Part shown: positions 9,049 to 20,200 of the stretch, piece by piece
How the letters are laid out: every line of letters begins with the position of its first letter
Numbering within the stretch: the stretch's first letter is position 1
From: a virus
Direction: 5' to 3' (one strand)
DNA: 64,000 nt
Virus record (IMG/VR): IMGVR_UViG_3300027739_000009
Coordinates: 7,635-71,634 of that record
Notes under the pieces: model-generated
What the model was told of the DNA's origin: nothing
Databases searched by the model: none
What the model saw: only the letters and a program-made list of their open reading frames with translations
Position numbers and translations under genes: made by a program

Positions 9049-9699
9049 TTACCCCAATGCTGTGGCCATGGCTGCTGCCATGGATTTTATCTTCTTCGCT
9101 GTGGCGTCGGAGACAGGCTTATTCAAATCTGAGGTGTTGTCCACATTTCCTAAACCGATCGACGTTTTGTCAACAACGGGAGTCTCTCCAATAGGCCCCT
9201 GAATACCCTGAACACCCTGAGGACCCTGAACACCCTGTGGACCCTGAGGTCCTACATCTCCGGTGTCACCTTTATCCCCTTTCAGGCCTTGAATACCCTG
9301 TAGCCCTTGAGATCCGGTGTCACCTTTATCCCCTTTCAGGCCCTGAACTCCTTGCTGACCTTGAATACCCTGTGGTCCTTCTGGACCAGTAAGGCCTGTG
9401 TCACCTTTCAGACCCTGGTTACCCTGAGGACCCTGAGATCCGGTATCACCTTTGAGGCCCTGGACGCCCTGTTGGCCCTGAGGACCGATGTCACCTTGAG
9501 GTCCGGTAGCACCGGTAGGCCCCTGGACGCCCTGTGGGCCCTGAGGGCCCTGTGGGCCGGTCGATCCGGTCTGACCAGGACGAGCTGCGTTTGTGACAGC
9601 CATCTTTTTGGCAGATGTCACAGCAACAGTGGTGATGCCCTGATGGGTGAACGCTATCTTGTAGACCGGACCAGAGCGTATGACAGCTTTAAGGTTCAT
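9049..9699 (-). CDS. Collagen-like fibre protein
   Basis: About 44 consecutive Gly-X-Y triplets followed by the phage fibre motif [17 protein letters not shown]. Confidence 0.9.
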   Translation of the reverse strand: MNLKAVIRSGPVYKIAFTHQGITTVAVTSAKKMAVTNAARPGQTGSTGPQGPQGPQGVQGPTGATGPQGDIGPQGQQGVQGLKGDTGSQGPQGNQGLKGDTGLTGPEGPQGIQGQQGVQGLKGDKGDTGSQGLQGIQGLKGDKGDTGDVGPQGPQGVQGPQGVQGIQGPIGETPVVDKTSIGLGNVDNTSDLNKPVSDATAKKIKSMAAAMATALG

Positions 9700-10055
9700 A
9701 CTTCAGTCACCGTGATGGTTCCCTTCATGAGTTGCTCTGGCACACCATCTATTGTTGCTCGGAGATCCCAGGTGTGTCGGCCGGCGGTGAATGCTGAGGT
9801 CTTGGCCGGTACAAACTTCAAAGTGATTATCTTGGTGGTTCCTGTGTTGTCGACAGATATTTCAGCAGGAATGGTCGAGGTCAGCCGGACTGTTCTCACA
9901 GCCCCAGCATAGGTAGCCAGCTCAAACACCCAGGTGGACACGTCAATAGGATTCACAGCTGGGGTGAGCTCAATCTCGATCGGGTCATTGACGCCCCGGA
10001 CAAGGCTGAAGTCTATGATTGCGACTCCTGATGGTATTTCTATGGTCATCGTCAT
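9696..10055 (-). CDS. BppU-N-like (Ig-like) baseplate/tail accessory protein
   Basis: DFSLVRG...IDVSTWVF...HTWDL...LMKGTITV pattern. Confidence 0.5.
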   Translation of the reverse strand: MTMTIEIPSGVAIIDFSLVRGVNDPIEIELTPAVNPIDVSTWVFELATYAGAVRTVRLTSTIPAEISVDNTGTTKIITLKFVPAKTSAFTAGRHTWDLRATIDGVPEQLMKGTITVTEV

Positions 10056-10636
10056 CCCTCAATACGTTGGACTTTGTCCGTTCTGATCCTAGAAGCAATA
10101 GCGTTTTCCATTCTGGCTATTGACATCTCAATTCTCTTCAGCTCTTCGACTCCGGAGTTCTTCACTACCTGCTCGACACCACCTTTAATGTGCTCGAGAT
10201 CCTTCTTGAACATACTCTGGCAGTGGAACTGCATTTTCTCGTGCTCTGATATGGTTATGACATTCAGGCCTCCCCTCTCTTGGAAAATTACCTTCTCCAT
10301 GGCAGAGACCGACTTGTTCATAACCAGTACCAAATCAGGGACAGCGGACAGCTTGTCAGCTATGCTTTCAAGTAGCCGAAGTCTATCACCAACCTCTTCT
10401 TCAGCATACTCGTCTGCGAAATCTTTTGCCGCTGTTGCCTGCTCAGTTATGGATTTCTCCAAAGCAACTACCCTGGACTCAAACTTACTGAGAGCCCAGG
10501 CCGCTCTTAGGGCGCCGATTATCCACCCGGAGATCAGGCCTATGATACCTAACCCACCGGCTATCAACCCCAAATCTGAGGATTTCGGAGGTTCCATTAT
10601 TGCTCCATCGAGGTGAGTTTCTGAAGTTGGGTACAT
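10052..10636 (-). CDS. Single-TM coiled-coil protein (holin/spanin-type candidate)
   Basis: TM LGLIAGGLGIIGLISGWIIGAL followed by a long helical region. Confidence 0.4.
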   Translation of the reverse strand: MYPTSETHLDGAIMEPPKSSDLGLIAGGLGIIGLISGWIIGALRAAWALSKFESRVVALEKSITEQATAAKDFADEYAEEEVGDRLRLLESIADKLSAVPDLVLVMNKSVSAMEKVIFQERGGLNVITISEHEKMQFHCQSMFKKDLEHIKGGVEQVVKNSGVEELKRIEMSIARMENAIASRIRTDKVQRIEG

Positions 10637-10685
10637 ACGGCTTTTCCGTTGTGTCAGTATATCGACACGGCAAAGGTTTGTACAT

Positions 10686-10720
10686 AAAAAAGAGGGCTTG
10701 GCTGAGCCAAACCCTCTGTT
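10686..10720 (-). terminator. Intrinsic terminator
   Basis: Minus strand AGAGGGTTTGGC-tca-GCCAAGCCCTCT-TTTTT just after the stop at 10726. Confidence 0.7.
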
Positions 10721-10725
10721 GAGGA

Positions 10726-11433
10726 TTAATTCACCGTGGTGGTGGTAGGAACCACAGTGGTTGTTGTGGTGGGAGTTGTCACCGGAGTGATGCCCGGGAC
10801 CTGCCCTGATCCTCCTCCAGTTGTAGCCGGTGAGTCACCACCAACAGCTGTGGCCGTCTCTGTTACTTCTGATGATGTCCTGGTCAACGGGACGCTTACA
10901 TCACCCTCATTTCCTTGAACAGTGACGTGCTGCCCAGCTTGTTTGGCAACAGTCTGTGTCACTTCCTTGACTCCCCAGACTCCTGCTAAGAATTTTGCAA
11001 AGCCGAAGAAGTCACTACCAAGCGATCTAGCCGATTGGTTTTTCTGAATAACCTCCTCCTTCGCCACGTCGAACAGAGTGGTGTCACCAGCACACGGATC
11101 GTAATTGTGCCCGGTGGCAGCGGCCAGAAGTTTCGCTGTCTGCTCCTGCATCCGGACGTTTGTCTCCTGCATTTTCAGCATAAAGCAATTCATCTCTGAA
11201 AGTCCTACGCAGCTTATTGGCTCAGGTTTTACAGCCTGGGCTGCACGACAGGCGGCCCGGTCAGCAAACTGCTGCCTGGCTACTGACGCCACACCAGACT
11301 CTGCTATGGTCTTCGAACCGTCAGGATGGAAGGTAACAGAAGCCGCCCCCATGTCCTTGTAAAGAGAAGTCCCACAACCAGATAAAAACGAAACCAGAAA
11401 CAGACTGAACACCAAATACCCGACCTTTCTCAT
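10726..11433 (-). CDS. Lipoprotein with Thr-rich C-terminal tail
   Basis: Signal peptide with lipobox LSG/C; C-terminus PVTTPTTTTTVVPTTTTVN. Confidence 0.75.
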   Translation of the reverse strand: MRKVGYLVFSLFLVSFLSGCGTSLYKDMGAASVTFHPDGSKTIAESGVASVARQQFADRAACRAAQAVKPEPISCVGLSEMNCFMLKMQETNVRMQEQTAKLLAAATGHNYDPCAGDTTLFDVAKEEVIQKNQSARSLGSDFFGFAKFLAGVWGVKEVTQTVAKQAGQHVTVQGNEGDVSVPLTRTSSEVTETATAVGGDSPATTGGGSGQVPGITPVTTPTTTTTVVPTTTTVN

Positions 11434-11445
11434 CTTCTCCTCCTT

Positions 11446-12057
11446 TTAATACCATCCTTGTGAAAAATCATACGACACTGGGTCAGCAGAAAGTCTCATT
11501 GCGTCGACGTGAGCTTTTCTCACTGAGTAATTCATGGCCCCTCTGTCGTAGATCGCATCCTCCAAATCTCGGAGATCCTGCACTGTAAAAGGAATTGGCC
11601 CATCAGTCAAGGAATCCCAGCACCCGTTGTTTATAATCGCCGGCAATGGCTCGGTACCAGGTAGAGTCTTGAGCCTACCGTTGGTCTGGGTCACGGCCTG
11701 AGTAGCCTTGAACAAGTGGCCTTTGAACATGAAAGGCTGCCATGACTGTGAATCCTCTTTGAGCGATATCAGCTTCTCTATAGCATCCTTGATCTGAGAA
11801 TCAGTCATCCCGTAATATGGGTTGGCTTTCCTGGCATCGGCCTCTGCCTTGGCTGCGGTCCATGCGTCGATCAATACCTGGTACTCTGATATGTCGTTTA
11901 CCTCGGTGTTTGGGTTACCCGCCCACTCGACGTGGCCAGTTACCCCATTCCACTGAACAACACGCAAAGTCTCTGGGAGAGACGAGGTGTCCACGCTGAA
12001 AAACAGGCCGTTTACCCCTACCACTCCGTCCGGTTTGATTATGGTTACAGTATTCAT
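11446..12057 (-). CDS. Tail fibre assembly protein (DUF4376-like C-terminus)
   Basis: VVQWNGVTGHVEW N-terminal motif; WDSLTDGPIPFTVQDL...YDFSQGW C-terminus; near tail-collar fibre. Confidence 0.55.
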   Translation of the reverse strand: MNTVTIIKPDGVVGVNGLFFSVDTSSLPETLRVVQWNGVTGHVEWAGNPNTEVNDISEYQVLIDAWTAAKAEADARKANPYYGMTDSQIKDAIEKLISLKEDSQSWQPFMFKGHLFKATQAVTQTNGRLKTLPGTEPLPAIINNGCWDSLTDGPIPFTVQDLRDLEDAIYDRGAMNYSVRKAHVDAMRLSADPVSYDFSQGWY

Positions 12058-12290
12058 TATACCCTCTGAATTGGTTGTCCAACTTCCTTGCCCATCTGGA
12101 AGGTTATTATAGCCTGCCTCTCAGGTGGGAAATACACCTCTGCGTCTTTCGAGGCGTAGTGAATAGCGTCGTCCTCGGTAATAAAAGCCCAGAATGCTCC
12201 TGGCTCGAACCTGGTGGCCTTAACATTCTTTATTTTTCTCCAAAAGATCTGGCCTGGCTGCCGATACTTCATGGTGTAGGTCTCTTTCAT
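12057..12290 (-). CDS. Hypothetical protein
   Basis: 77-aa ORF coupled by 1-nt overlaps. Confidence 0.5.
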   Translation of the reverse strand: MKETYTMKYRQPGQIFWRKIKNVKATRFEPGAFWAFITEDDAIHYASKDAEVYFPPERQAIITFQMGKEVGQPIQRV

Positions 12291-13342
12291 TAAAATACCC
12301 TTTGTAGATAGAAGCAGGTTAAGAACAGTGGTCTATTTTCCGTTACAGAAGAAGTTCCTGTGTTTGCTGTGGATGCTGCTCCGGTAGATCCGTGGTTATG
12401 CGAAGATCCACCACCTTGTGAACCGGTGTTGTACCAGTGGCCCTGCTGCGAACCGCCAGCAGAACTCCCACCAGAGTCGCCGCCATCTGAATCGTGATAG
12501 GAGTGAGTATGAGCCGGCATCTCTGTGGTGGTGAGAGTGAACGATCCGGTGGTGTGGGTATGGGCCAGGGTGTGGGTGTGGGAGACATCATTGTTTCCTC
12601 CTACGCCTCCACACGATGTCCCGCCCATAAGGAACCGACTATCAGTTATATTCGGAAGGTATCTTCCGGCCACATTAAACACTGGAGCACCTGGTATCGA
12701 TGGTGCTGCTCCGTCGCATACGAAGAACCCAAAAGGATTCACCAGGGAGTTCACGGCGGTGGCGTCGTTACCAAGCACGTTGGTGAAGCCACCGTTGGTT
12801 GCGTTTGTGAAGTACCCGCCGATGAAAGGAATGACAGCTCCTACAGGAACGCCACCTGATATTGCTGGGGCGCTGATTGAGATTGTCCAGGCGGCGTATG
12901 TACCTGACCCGTTCACAGTGGTGACGTCGACCACCAGAGCACCGGTTCCAGAGGTGTAACTGGTAACCTGACCGTGTATGTACTTGGTCGGATCAGTGGT
13001 GTAGGCGATGAGCAGGTACATGCCTACGACGATACTCTTACCAGTTTGAATAGTAAGTGACTTACTCCCAGTTCCGATAACAACACTGGTTGTACTGGTA
13101 GCCGAGGTTCCAGGAGCTGCCAGAGCGGTGGCAGCAGAGGCAGCAGCTTCACCTGCCTTTGTGGTGGCAGTAGAGGCAGACCCAGCCGCAGCGACAGCGT
13201 CCGCATCGACTTCGACAGCCAGGGCATTTGCCTCAGTCTGGAATGTGGCTAGGGCGTTTGTCCAGGCCAGGGCCTTATCGGAGAACTGCTGGGGGTTGTC
13301 AGTGTACTTATTTGGTGGTGTTGGCAGAGCTGTAAGTGCCAT
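12290..13342 (-). CDS. Tail fibre protein with tail collar domain
   Basis: VPVGAVIPF...GFFVCDG...LPNI...FLMG collar motif; HTH/HNH metal-binding repeats and NRPLF C-terminus. Confidence 0.85.
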   Translation of the reverse strand: MALTALPTPPNKYTDNPQQFSDKALAWTNALATFQTEANALAVEVDADAVAAAGSASTATTKAGEAAASAATALAAPGTSATSTTSVVIGTGSKSLTIQTGKSIVVGMYLLIAYTTDPTKYIHGQVTSYTSGTGALVVDVTTVNGSGTYAAWTISISAPAISGGVPVGAVIPFIGGYFTNATNGGFTNVLGNDATAVNSLVNPFGFFVCDGAAPSIPGAPVFNVAGRYLPNITDSRFLMGGTSCGGVGGNNDVSHTHTLAHTHTTGSFTLTTTEMPAHTHSYHDSDGGDSGGSSAGGSQQGHWYNTGSQGGGSSHNHGSTGAASTANTGTSSVTENRPLFLTCFYLQRVF

Positions 13343-13351
13343 TTCGGACTC

Positions 13352-14272
13352 CTATGTTAGACTCTCGATTTCAAGGCTGCACATACTGTGTGTCGGGCCC
13401 TCGATCACTATATCAAAATTCTTATAAAACCCATAGAGTATTGTTGAGTCAAACAGAGCTTCGTCCGACCCCACCCACACTACTGGAGTGGCTCTAACAG
13501 TTGAGAGCAGTTTGAACACTTGTGTCAGCTGTACGTTGGGAATCTCCACGTCACAGCTAAGAGTTTTGGTAAACCTTCGCTCGATGACGTCCACATAGCC
13601 GAACTCGTCAGTCTCTTTCTTCGAATAATCGATTATCCCCAGCTTCGGATTAAACTGGGTCTTCCCGATATCCACCAAAGTACCGAAGGCTATGGTTCCT
13701 ACTTTGGCACCAGTTGCATAATTTACAGTGACCCTTATTTTCGAGTTATAGAAGCTCGGTATTCCCTGCGCGATAACTACTTCGACTGGGTATGTAGGGG
13801 TGAAAAAATACCAGTACCAGTCTGGGGATACGTTATTGTCCCAGGTGTAAAGCAGGAAGCTACTGGAGTAGAGAATAGCGCTGGTGGTTGCGTCTAAAAC
13901 CTCTATTAAGACGTCAGTACCGAGAGAATCAAGTATTGCTATTCCGTTGACATACTGATCACTTGTAGGCTGGAAAACTACCTGGATGTTTGATGTGTAT
14001 TCTGTAACAGTTCCTACCCTTCGATCGAACATCTTCCACCGATTTGTAGGGCTTATTTCTATCCAGTACCCGGTGGTTGAGGACGGGTTATGATTCAAGT
14101 TACCGGCAGCCACAGACTCAAATATCTTGTGAACTCCGGTAGTCATGAAGCAGCGTTGGCCGGCGGCGTAAGTGGTAGCCGCCGACCATACTGCGAGGCC
14201 TGTCTCCGTCTCTGGGACGGAGCAGGATATAAGGTTTGAGTCGGTTACTTCGTAAGGTATCAAGACCTTCAT
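13352..14272 (-). CDS. Distal tail/tail tip protein with carbohydrate-binding-like insert
   Basis: WSAATTYAAGQ...YWIEISPTNRWKMFD; GIIDYSKKETDEFG; directly follows tape measure. Confidence 0.65.
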   Translation of the reverse strand: MKVLIPYEVTDSNLISCSVPETETGLAVWSAATTYAAGQRCFMTTGVHKIFESVAAGNLNHNPSSTTGYWIEISPTNRWKMFDRRVGTVTEYTSNIQVVFQPTSDQYVNGIAILDSLGTDVLIEVLDATTSAILYSSSFLLYTWDNNVSPDWYWYFFTPTYPVEVVIAQGIPSFYNSKIRVTVNYATGAKVGTIAFGTLVDIGKTQFNPKLGIIDYSKKETDEFGYVDVIERRFTKTLSCDVEIPNVQLTQVFKLLSTVRATPVVWVGSDEALFDSTILYGFYKNFDIVIEGPTHSMCSLEIESLT

Positions 14273-17200
14273 TATAACTCTCCTGCGTCGAGGTAGATTC
14301 CATCAACCTGCATCGCTTCAAGCGCCTTGGCAGACTTCATGGAAAATTTTGCTACCGCATAATTACCAGCTGACATCTCTCTTCGCAACTGTTTAAGCTC
14401 ACGAACCACCTCAGAAAGATCCACCAGCTGTCCTCTGTTATAGATTGTGGAAGGACCGGTGTACTCAACCTCAGGTCCGTCCTCTCCAACCACCCGCCAT
14501 CCGCCGACATGGACACCGCCAGATGCATACCCGGGCATGCCAAGTTTTGAGCCAGATAGTTTCTCCAACTCACTGGCCGCGGTCGATGTTCTCCAGTAAT
14601 CCCTGGCGTAATCAGCAGCTGTGGCGTAGTTCTTCTTGTCGATCGAGATGTCCTTCAGGACATCAGAGATCTGGGAGACAAGAGAGAAGTCACCGTTCTT
14701 GGCCATGGCCAGAGTCTCAAACAGCTTCTGTTGGGCTGCTTTCGAGCTGAGGGTTGCGTCCTCAACACCGGACATCGACTTGACGAACTCAGACAGTCCG
14801 TTGACTGCTTCTTTGATGCCTTCGTTGTTGATCTGGTCCAGCTTCTTGCCGTAGAGCTCCCGGATCTTGCCGAGATCGGTTTCAGTAGCCCCAAGCTCTT
14901 TGGCAGCAGCTATGGACTCTTGAAGGTCCCTGGTGTTCTGAGCGATATCCCTTTGAGTTTCCGTGAGGGTAAATTCCTCCATGTCGACAAGGATGTCGCT
15001 CATGTAGTCGCTGAGCTCTTTGGCCTTGTCAGCTTGCTCTTTGGCAATGAGCTTATCACGCAGACTGGTAAGCTGACCGAGTTGGGTTCCGTTGGCTCCA
15101 AGTTCCTGGGCGTGAGCGGTATAATCCACGAACTCCCTGGTCAGGTCCTCGATACTGATGGCCAGATCAGACATACTGAGCTTTCTGGTCTCGTAGCCAA
15201 CATAGTCCATGAACTCAGCAAGAGTGTCATCAGAGGCAGATACCCGGCCGCCGACAGCATACTCTTTCCTTCTCATTTTTTCGAGAAGAGGCAAGTACTT
15301 CTGTGTGGCTCCCTGAGGCATAATGTACTCGCCGCCCATGGCAACCTGCTGAACCCCATTCACGGTACCAAGGTACAGATCATCCTTGTAGCCAGACCCG
15401 CCCTGGAGGATACCGCCGGTGGCGTAATTGATCCGTCCACCAAGACGGTTATTGTTGCTGTAGTTCGCACCGTAGCTGGTTCTGGATGCATTCAGTATCT
15501 TGCTTGCGGCTGAACTGACCCCGCCGGCGGCCGAAGCGGCAGCAGAGCTGAGACCCTGCATGGAGCTCATCAACCCACCGAAGGCCCCAGCACCATTCCT
15601 GGCAACCACTGCGGTCTGGGTGATACCCGCAGCGACCAGGTCGAGACTTCCGTCAGCCGCCCGGCCTTGGCCGGCCACCGTAGAGAGACCACTGCTCAGC
15701 CCAGATACTGCGCCTCCTGCTGAACTGGCTGTTCCTCGGAGAGCGTCCAGCTCTGCGGCGAAGGATACCGCCGTGGAGGCTGCTCCGTTCTCTGAATTGG
15801 CGGCTGTGGATGCTGCCATGGCCAAGGCGTTTGTGGCCCGGGCAGCTTCAAGCATGGATACCGACACACCTCTCTCGGCCTCCATCCTGACCTTCATGTT
15901 CTGAACCATTGTCCCGGTGACCGCAGTATTCATCTGGGTCACTTGCTGGTATGAGCCGGCTGCGTTGATATTGGCAGCGTTCCACTTACCTGTGGCCTGG
16001 TCGAACTGCACTGCAGCCATCTGGGTCTGCCCGGTGAGAAGCATGGAAGCAGAGCTGGCATCATAGGCTGCTTGCTGGTAAGCACGGAGGCCTGGGATGG
16101 CGTCAAGGATGGTTCCCTTCACATCTTTGAATGCGTTGGTGAAACCAGAGGCCTCCAGGTTACCCGGGCTGATACCGGCCTTGTTCATCTCATTAGACGT
16201 ATCGTACCTGACCCTGGTGAGTCGTTTGGTGATACCGACGATGACCGGCGCAAGGACTGCTCCGAGAGCGCCTACAGACATTCCTGCTCCGGAAGAAGCG
16301 GCGGTGGATCCACCGGCAGCTGTTGCTCCCGCTGCAGCTTGAGATCCTGAGGCGGCGGCCTGGAAGGTCGCGTAAGAGGTGGCTCCTTTTCCTGCGATGT
16401 AGGTTGTAGCTATTTTTGTCCCTGCGATCTTGGCAGCCCCTCCAACACCAATTTTGGCCAAAGCTGCCTTTGCGATGTTGGTAGCTGTTCCTTCTGTTAC
16501 AACCCCTAGGGAAGTTGCACCTTTATAGGCAGAAACAGCACCCATGCCCATCTTAACAGCTCCAGACCCTGTCTTGCCCTCTTTCAGATCCTTGTAGCCG
16601 GAATACATGCCGTAGGCGCCACCGGCCAGGCCGACGGCCCCGACAACCTTACCGAGTACAGAGGTGACCCCTTCACCGAGGTTTTCAGTGATCCAGGACT
16701 TGATCCCGCCAAGTACTCCACCCTCTCCGGTGAGAGATCCAGCTATTCCAGCCAGCCCTCCGGCTCCGTTCACCACGTTGACATTCATGGCTCCGTTGGA
16801 GTAGGTAGGGCCACTGCTGCCGAACATCCCTCCAAGGCTCGGGAACAGGCTGGTGAGAAGGTCCTTGCCGACGGAGATAGTCTTTGTGGCCATGGAGTCG
16901 GCCACGAAGTTGAAGATGGTATCCTTCAGGTTTTCTCCCATGGCCTTCAGGCCATCACCGATGGAGTCGAAGTCTCCCTCGAGGATGGACTTGTACATCC
17001 CAGAGATGCCCTTCTGCAGATCAGCAAATACCTGCTTGCCGAGAGACCCAAAGTCTGCCATTTTCTCCTCAGCATCCATCAAAGCAGAGGAGAAGCCGTC
17101 AAGGAAGTTATTGCTAGAGGCAAGGGACTCTTTCCAGGCCTGTTTCAACTGCTCTGCTTCGTAAGCCGCTATGAGAGCCTTGTCGTTAGAACTGCGCTTC

Positions 17201-20200
17201 ATTTCGGCTACGTCATTTGCAATAGCCTTTTTCCTGAAGTTGTACAGAGTTTCAGCTGAAGCAATACCTTTAGTAGCGAGAAAATTGTACATCTTCTCGT
17301 TGGCCTGGGCCTCGTCCTCGAGGATCTTGTTCTTTCTCCTGGCCTCTGCTTCGTCTCTTGTTTTCTTCTTAGCTGTGTATTCCGCCTCAGCAGTCTCCAG
17401 CCCCTTGTAGTAGTTGCTGGTGAGCTGCTGCGCCATGGCATCTTGATCAGTCTTGGAGTAGTTACCCTTCATCTGATCGAACTTGGCCTTGGCGTCAGCG
17501 TAGCTGTTGTGGACCTTTGTAAGCTCCTTATCAAGACCGTCGGCCATCATCTCAGTCTTATAATCCCTGAGCTCCTTCTCCATGCTCAGCTTCTCTGACT
17601 GAGTTCGCTTGGCTGCATCTATCTCCTGTTTGCTGAGATCTCCGCTGGCGCCTACAGGAACACCCTTAGCTGCGGCTTCCATCTGGGCCTGGAACTTCCG
17701 CATTTCTTCCTGTTTAGCCTTGAGCTCTTTCTCCCTGGCTACCTTATCAGCAGCTGTTTTCGTAGTCCTTTCTTGAGCTGCCTTCTCTTCAGCCTTGAGG
17801 GTATTAAGACGGAGACCAATAGCAGACATCTCCGCAGTGGTCTCAGTTATCACCTGCTGGTTTTTCCCGTTGAACAGAGAGCCTATTGGAGAGTCTTTAT
17901 TTTCATCATAGGCCTTTTGGGCTCTTTCCCTCTTCCGAACTAAGGTAGCGAACTCATCATTTGCGGTGGCTATCTGCAGCTTCCTCAAAGATGCGGCTGA
18001 CGCCTCGGAAGCAGCCCCAGTTTCCCTGATATCGGCTATGAGCTTGGATCGATCTGACCCAGACATATTGATGGCGTCACTGAAACTCAGCACTCCGTCA
18101 GACATGAGAGCCAGCATGCCGCCCATCTCGAAACCAATTCCTATGGCGTTGGCAGCCAGAGCTATCACAGCAGCTCCAGCACTGGCCGGTCCGCCGAAGA
18201 ACAGCAGAGCGAATATACCACCAGCAGCTGCAATAGAACCGATGACCGGGTTACTTATGATCGTGATGAAGTTGGATAGACCGGTTACAGCACCAGAGAG
18301 CACCGCAGTTATCGGGGAGTTGGCTATCTCTCCAAAGATCTTCAGCAGGGTAGTAGCGGAGTTTGAGATGCCCTCTATGAGGGATTTGAAGGCGTCACCA
18401 TCAACGGCCTCAATCATGTTGTCCAGGGCGTCAGATACGGCCTTCGAGTCGAAGGCCTCGGCCATGTTCCTTTGGATGCCGGCTTTGATCTCAGCGAACT
18501 TGAACAGGGCCGTGGTAGATATTCCCTCGAACACGGTACCGAGGAAGTTCTTCTCAAGGTCGTTGGCCCGTATGGCCTTCTGCAGATCCTCGAGCTCTTT
18601 CTTCAGTTTGAAGACATCAGGAGCTTTACCGCTGGTGTTGGTAGTGACTGCGTTGCCAACTGCGTCCATCGTGGCCTTGAAGTCAAGACCGGCGACGTTC
18701 ATACCTCGGACACCGAAAGCCATCTCGGTTACAGACGCCCGTACAGTAGGAGGAAGTTTGTCAGCAGCAGCTTTGAACTCGTAAAGAGCTGCTATGCCCT
18801 GCTTGTAATGGGTCTGGCTGGCGTCAGTGAACGGGTCGTAGGCTACCTTGAACTTGTTGAACTGCTCGGTGAGCTTCTCTATTACGCTCTCCCTCTGCAG
18901 TTTCATCAGGGCATTTCTGATGGTGGTACCGGCCATTGATGACTCGATACCAACATTGTGCAAGGCACCGGCAAGGGCAAGAAGGTCTGTGTAAGAAGCG
19001 TCAGAAGCTCCTGACAGAGAGGTTACATAGGCCATGGAAGTCTTCATCGAATCCATGTCAGCTTTAGACTTCACTATCGTAAAACTCAGCAGGTTGAGGA
19101 GCTCAGACATAGACTGAACACCTCTTGAAGCTGCCTGAGAGCTCGGGCCCCAGGCAAGCCACTGTGAGGCAACAAGATCCGAGGCCTTGGCCATATCTGT
19201 CTCTGTGACAGTTACAAACTTGGCCATGTCACCTATGCCAGACAGGGCGTCCTGTGCAGAGATACCGGCTTTAACAAGTTCTTTCACACCCTCAGCAAGT
19301 TCTGCTGGGGTTTGACCAACTCCTTTTATCTCCAGCAGCTTGCTCTTTATTTCGTCAAAAGAGAAAACCACCCCAGCAGAGCTCTCCTGTAGTTGCTCGA
19401 TGTACTTCACCTGAGATTCAAACTGCGCTCCGACCTTTATAGAGGAGATGCCTGTTGCGGCGGCTCCGAAGGCAGTTATCATCGGCAGGATGCTGCCGTA
19501 GGTGAGGAACAATGAGCCAGATGCAGCTCCCACACCACGCAGGACAGAATGAAGATCCCTATGAAGGGCAGTCCATTTTGCTGTGGCTGCGTGGGCGTTT
19601 CTGGTCTTGGCAGCAACACCGTCTGTAAGATACCCAAGTTCCCTCAGTACTGCGGTGGAACCGTCCCTATCCAAGCTGGAAGTAAGAACCTTTCGAAGCT
19701 GGATATCTCGAATTGCCTGTTGGTCAAGCGCGTGTTTCTGTCTGGCTATGGCCAGGCTGGCCTCTTCAGCAGCACTTCTTCTGGCTATAGCGGCTGTCAG
19801 ACCACTCTCCAGGTTCTTCCTCTCACCGATCAGAGTGGCTATTCTGGAATATCCAGAAATGGCCTGGGCGTTGGCTCTTGAGTTGGCCTCAGTGGCAATG
19901 GCCAGATTGCGGAGGGTGACCGAGGTGCCGCTGGCGGCAGTCCCCAGTCTGGTCACCACCTGCAAGTTTTTCTCAGAGACTGCGTTTGATGCTTGGAGGG
20001 CTGCTTTGACCTCTGAGATCTTAACAACCTCTTGGGATAAAGCCTTTGTCAGTTGTCCTACAGAGGATATCTGAGCCTCTTTAGCCTTTATGTTCTCGCG
20101 GACGGAAGAAGAGTTCTCCTTCATCGCCTTGGTCAATGCGGCGAAGCCTACCTGAGCCTCAGCCCGCAGCCCGCGAGTAACCTGATCGGTGGCAGCCATC

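Noticed and set aside
9307-9912. 201-aa plus-strand ORF with repetitive sequence
   Set aside because: It is the antisense reflection of the collagen Gly-X-Y repeats.
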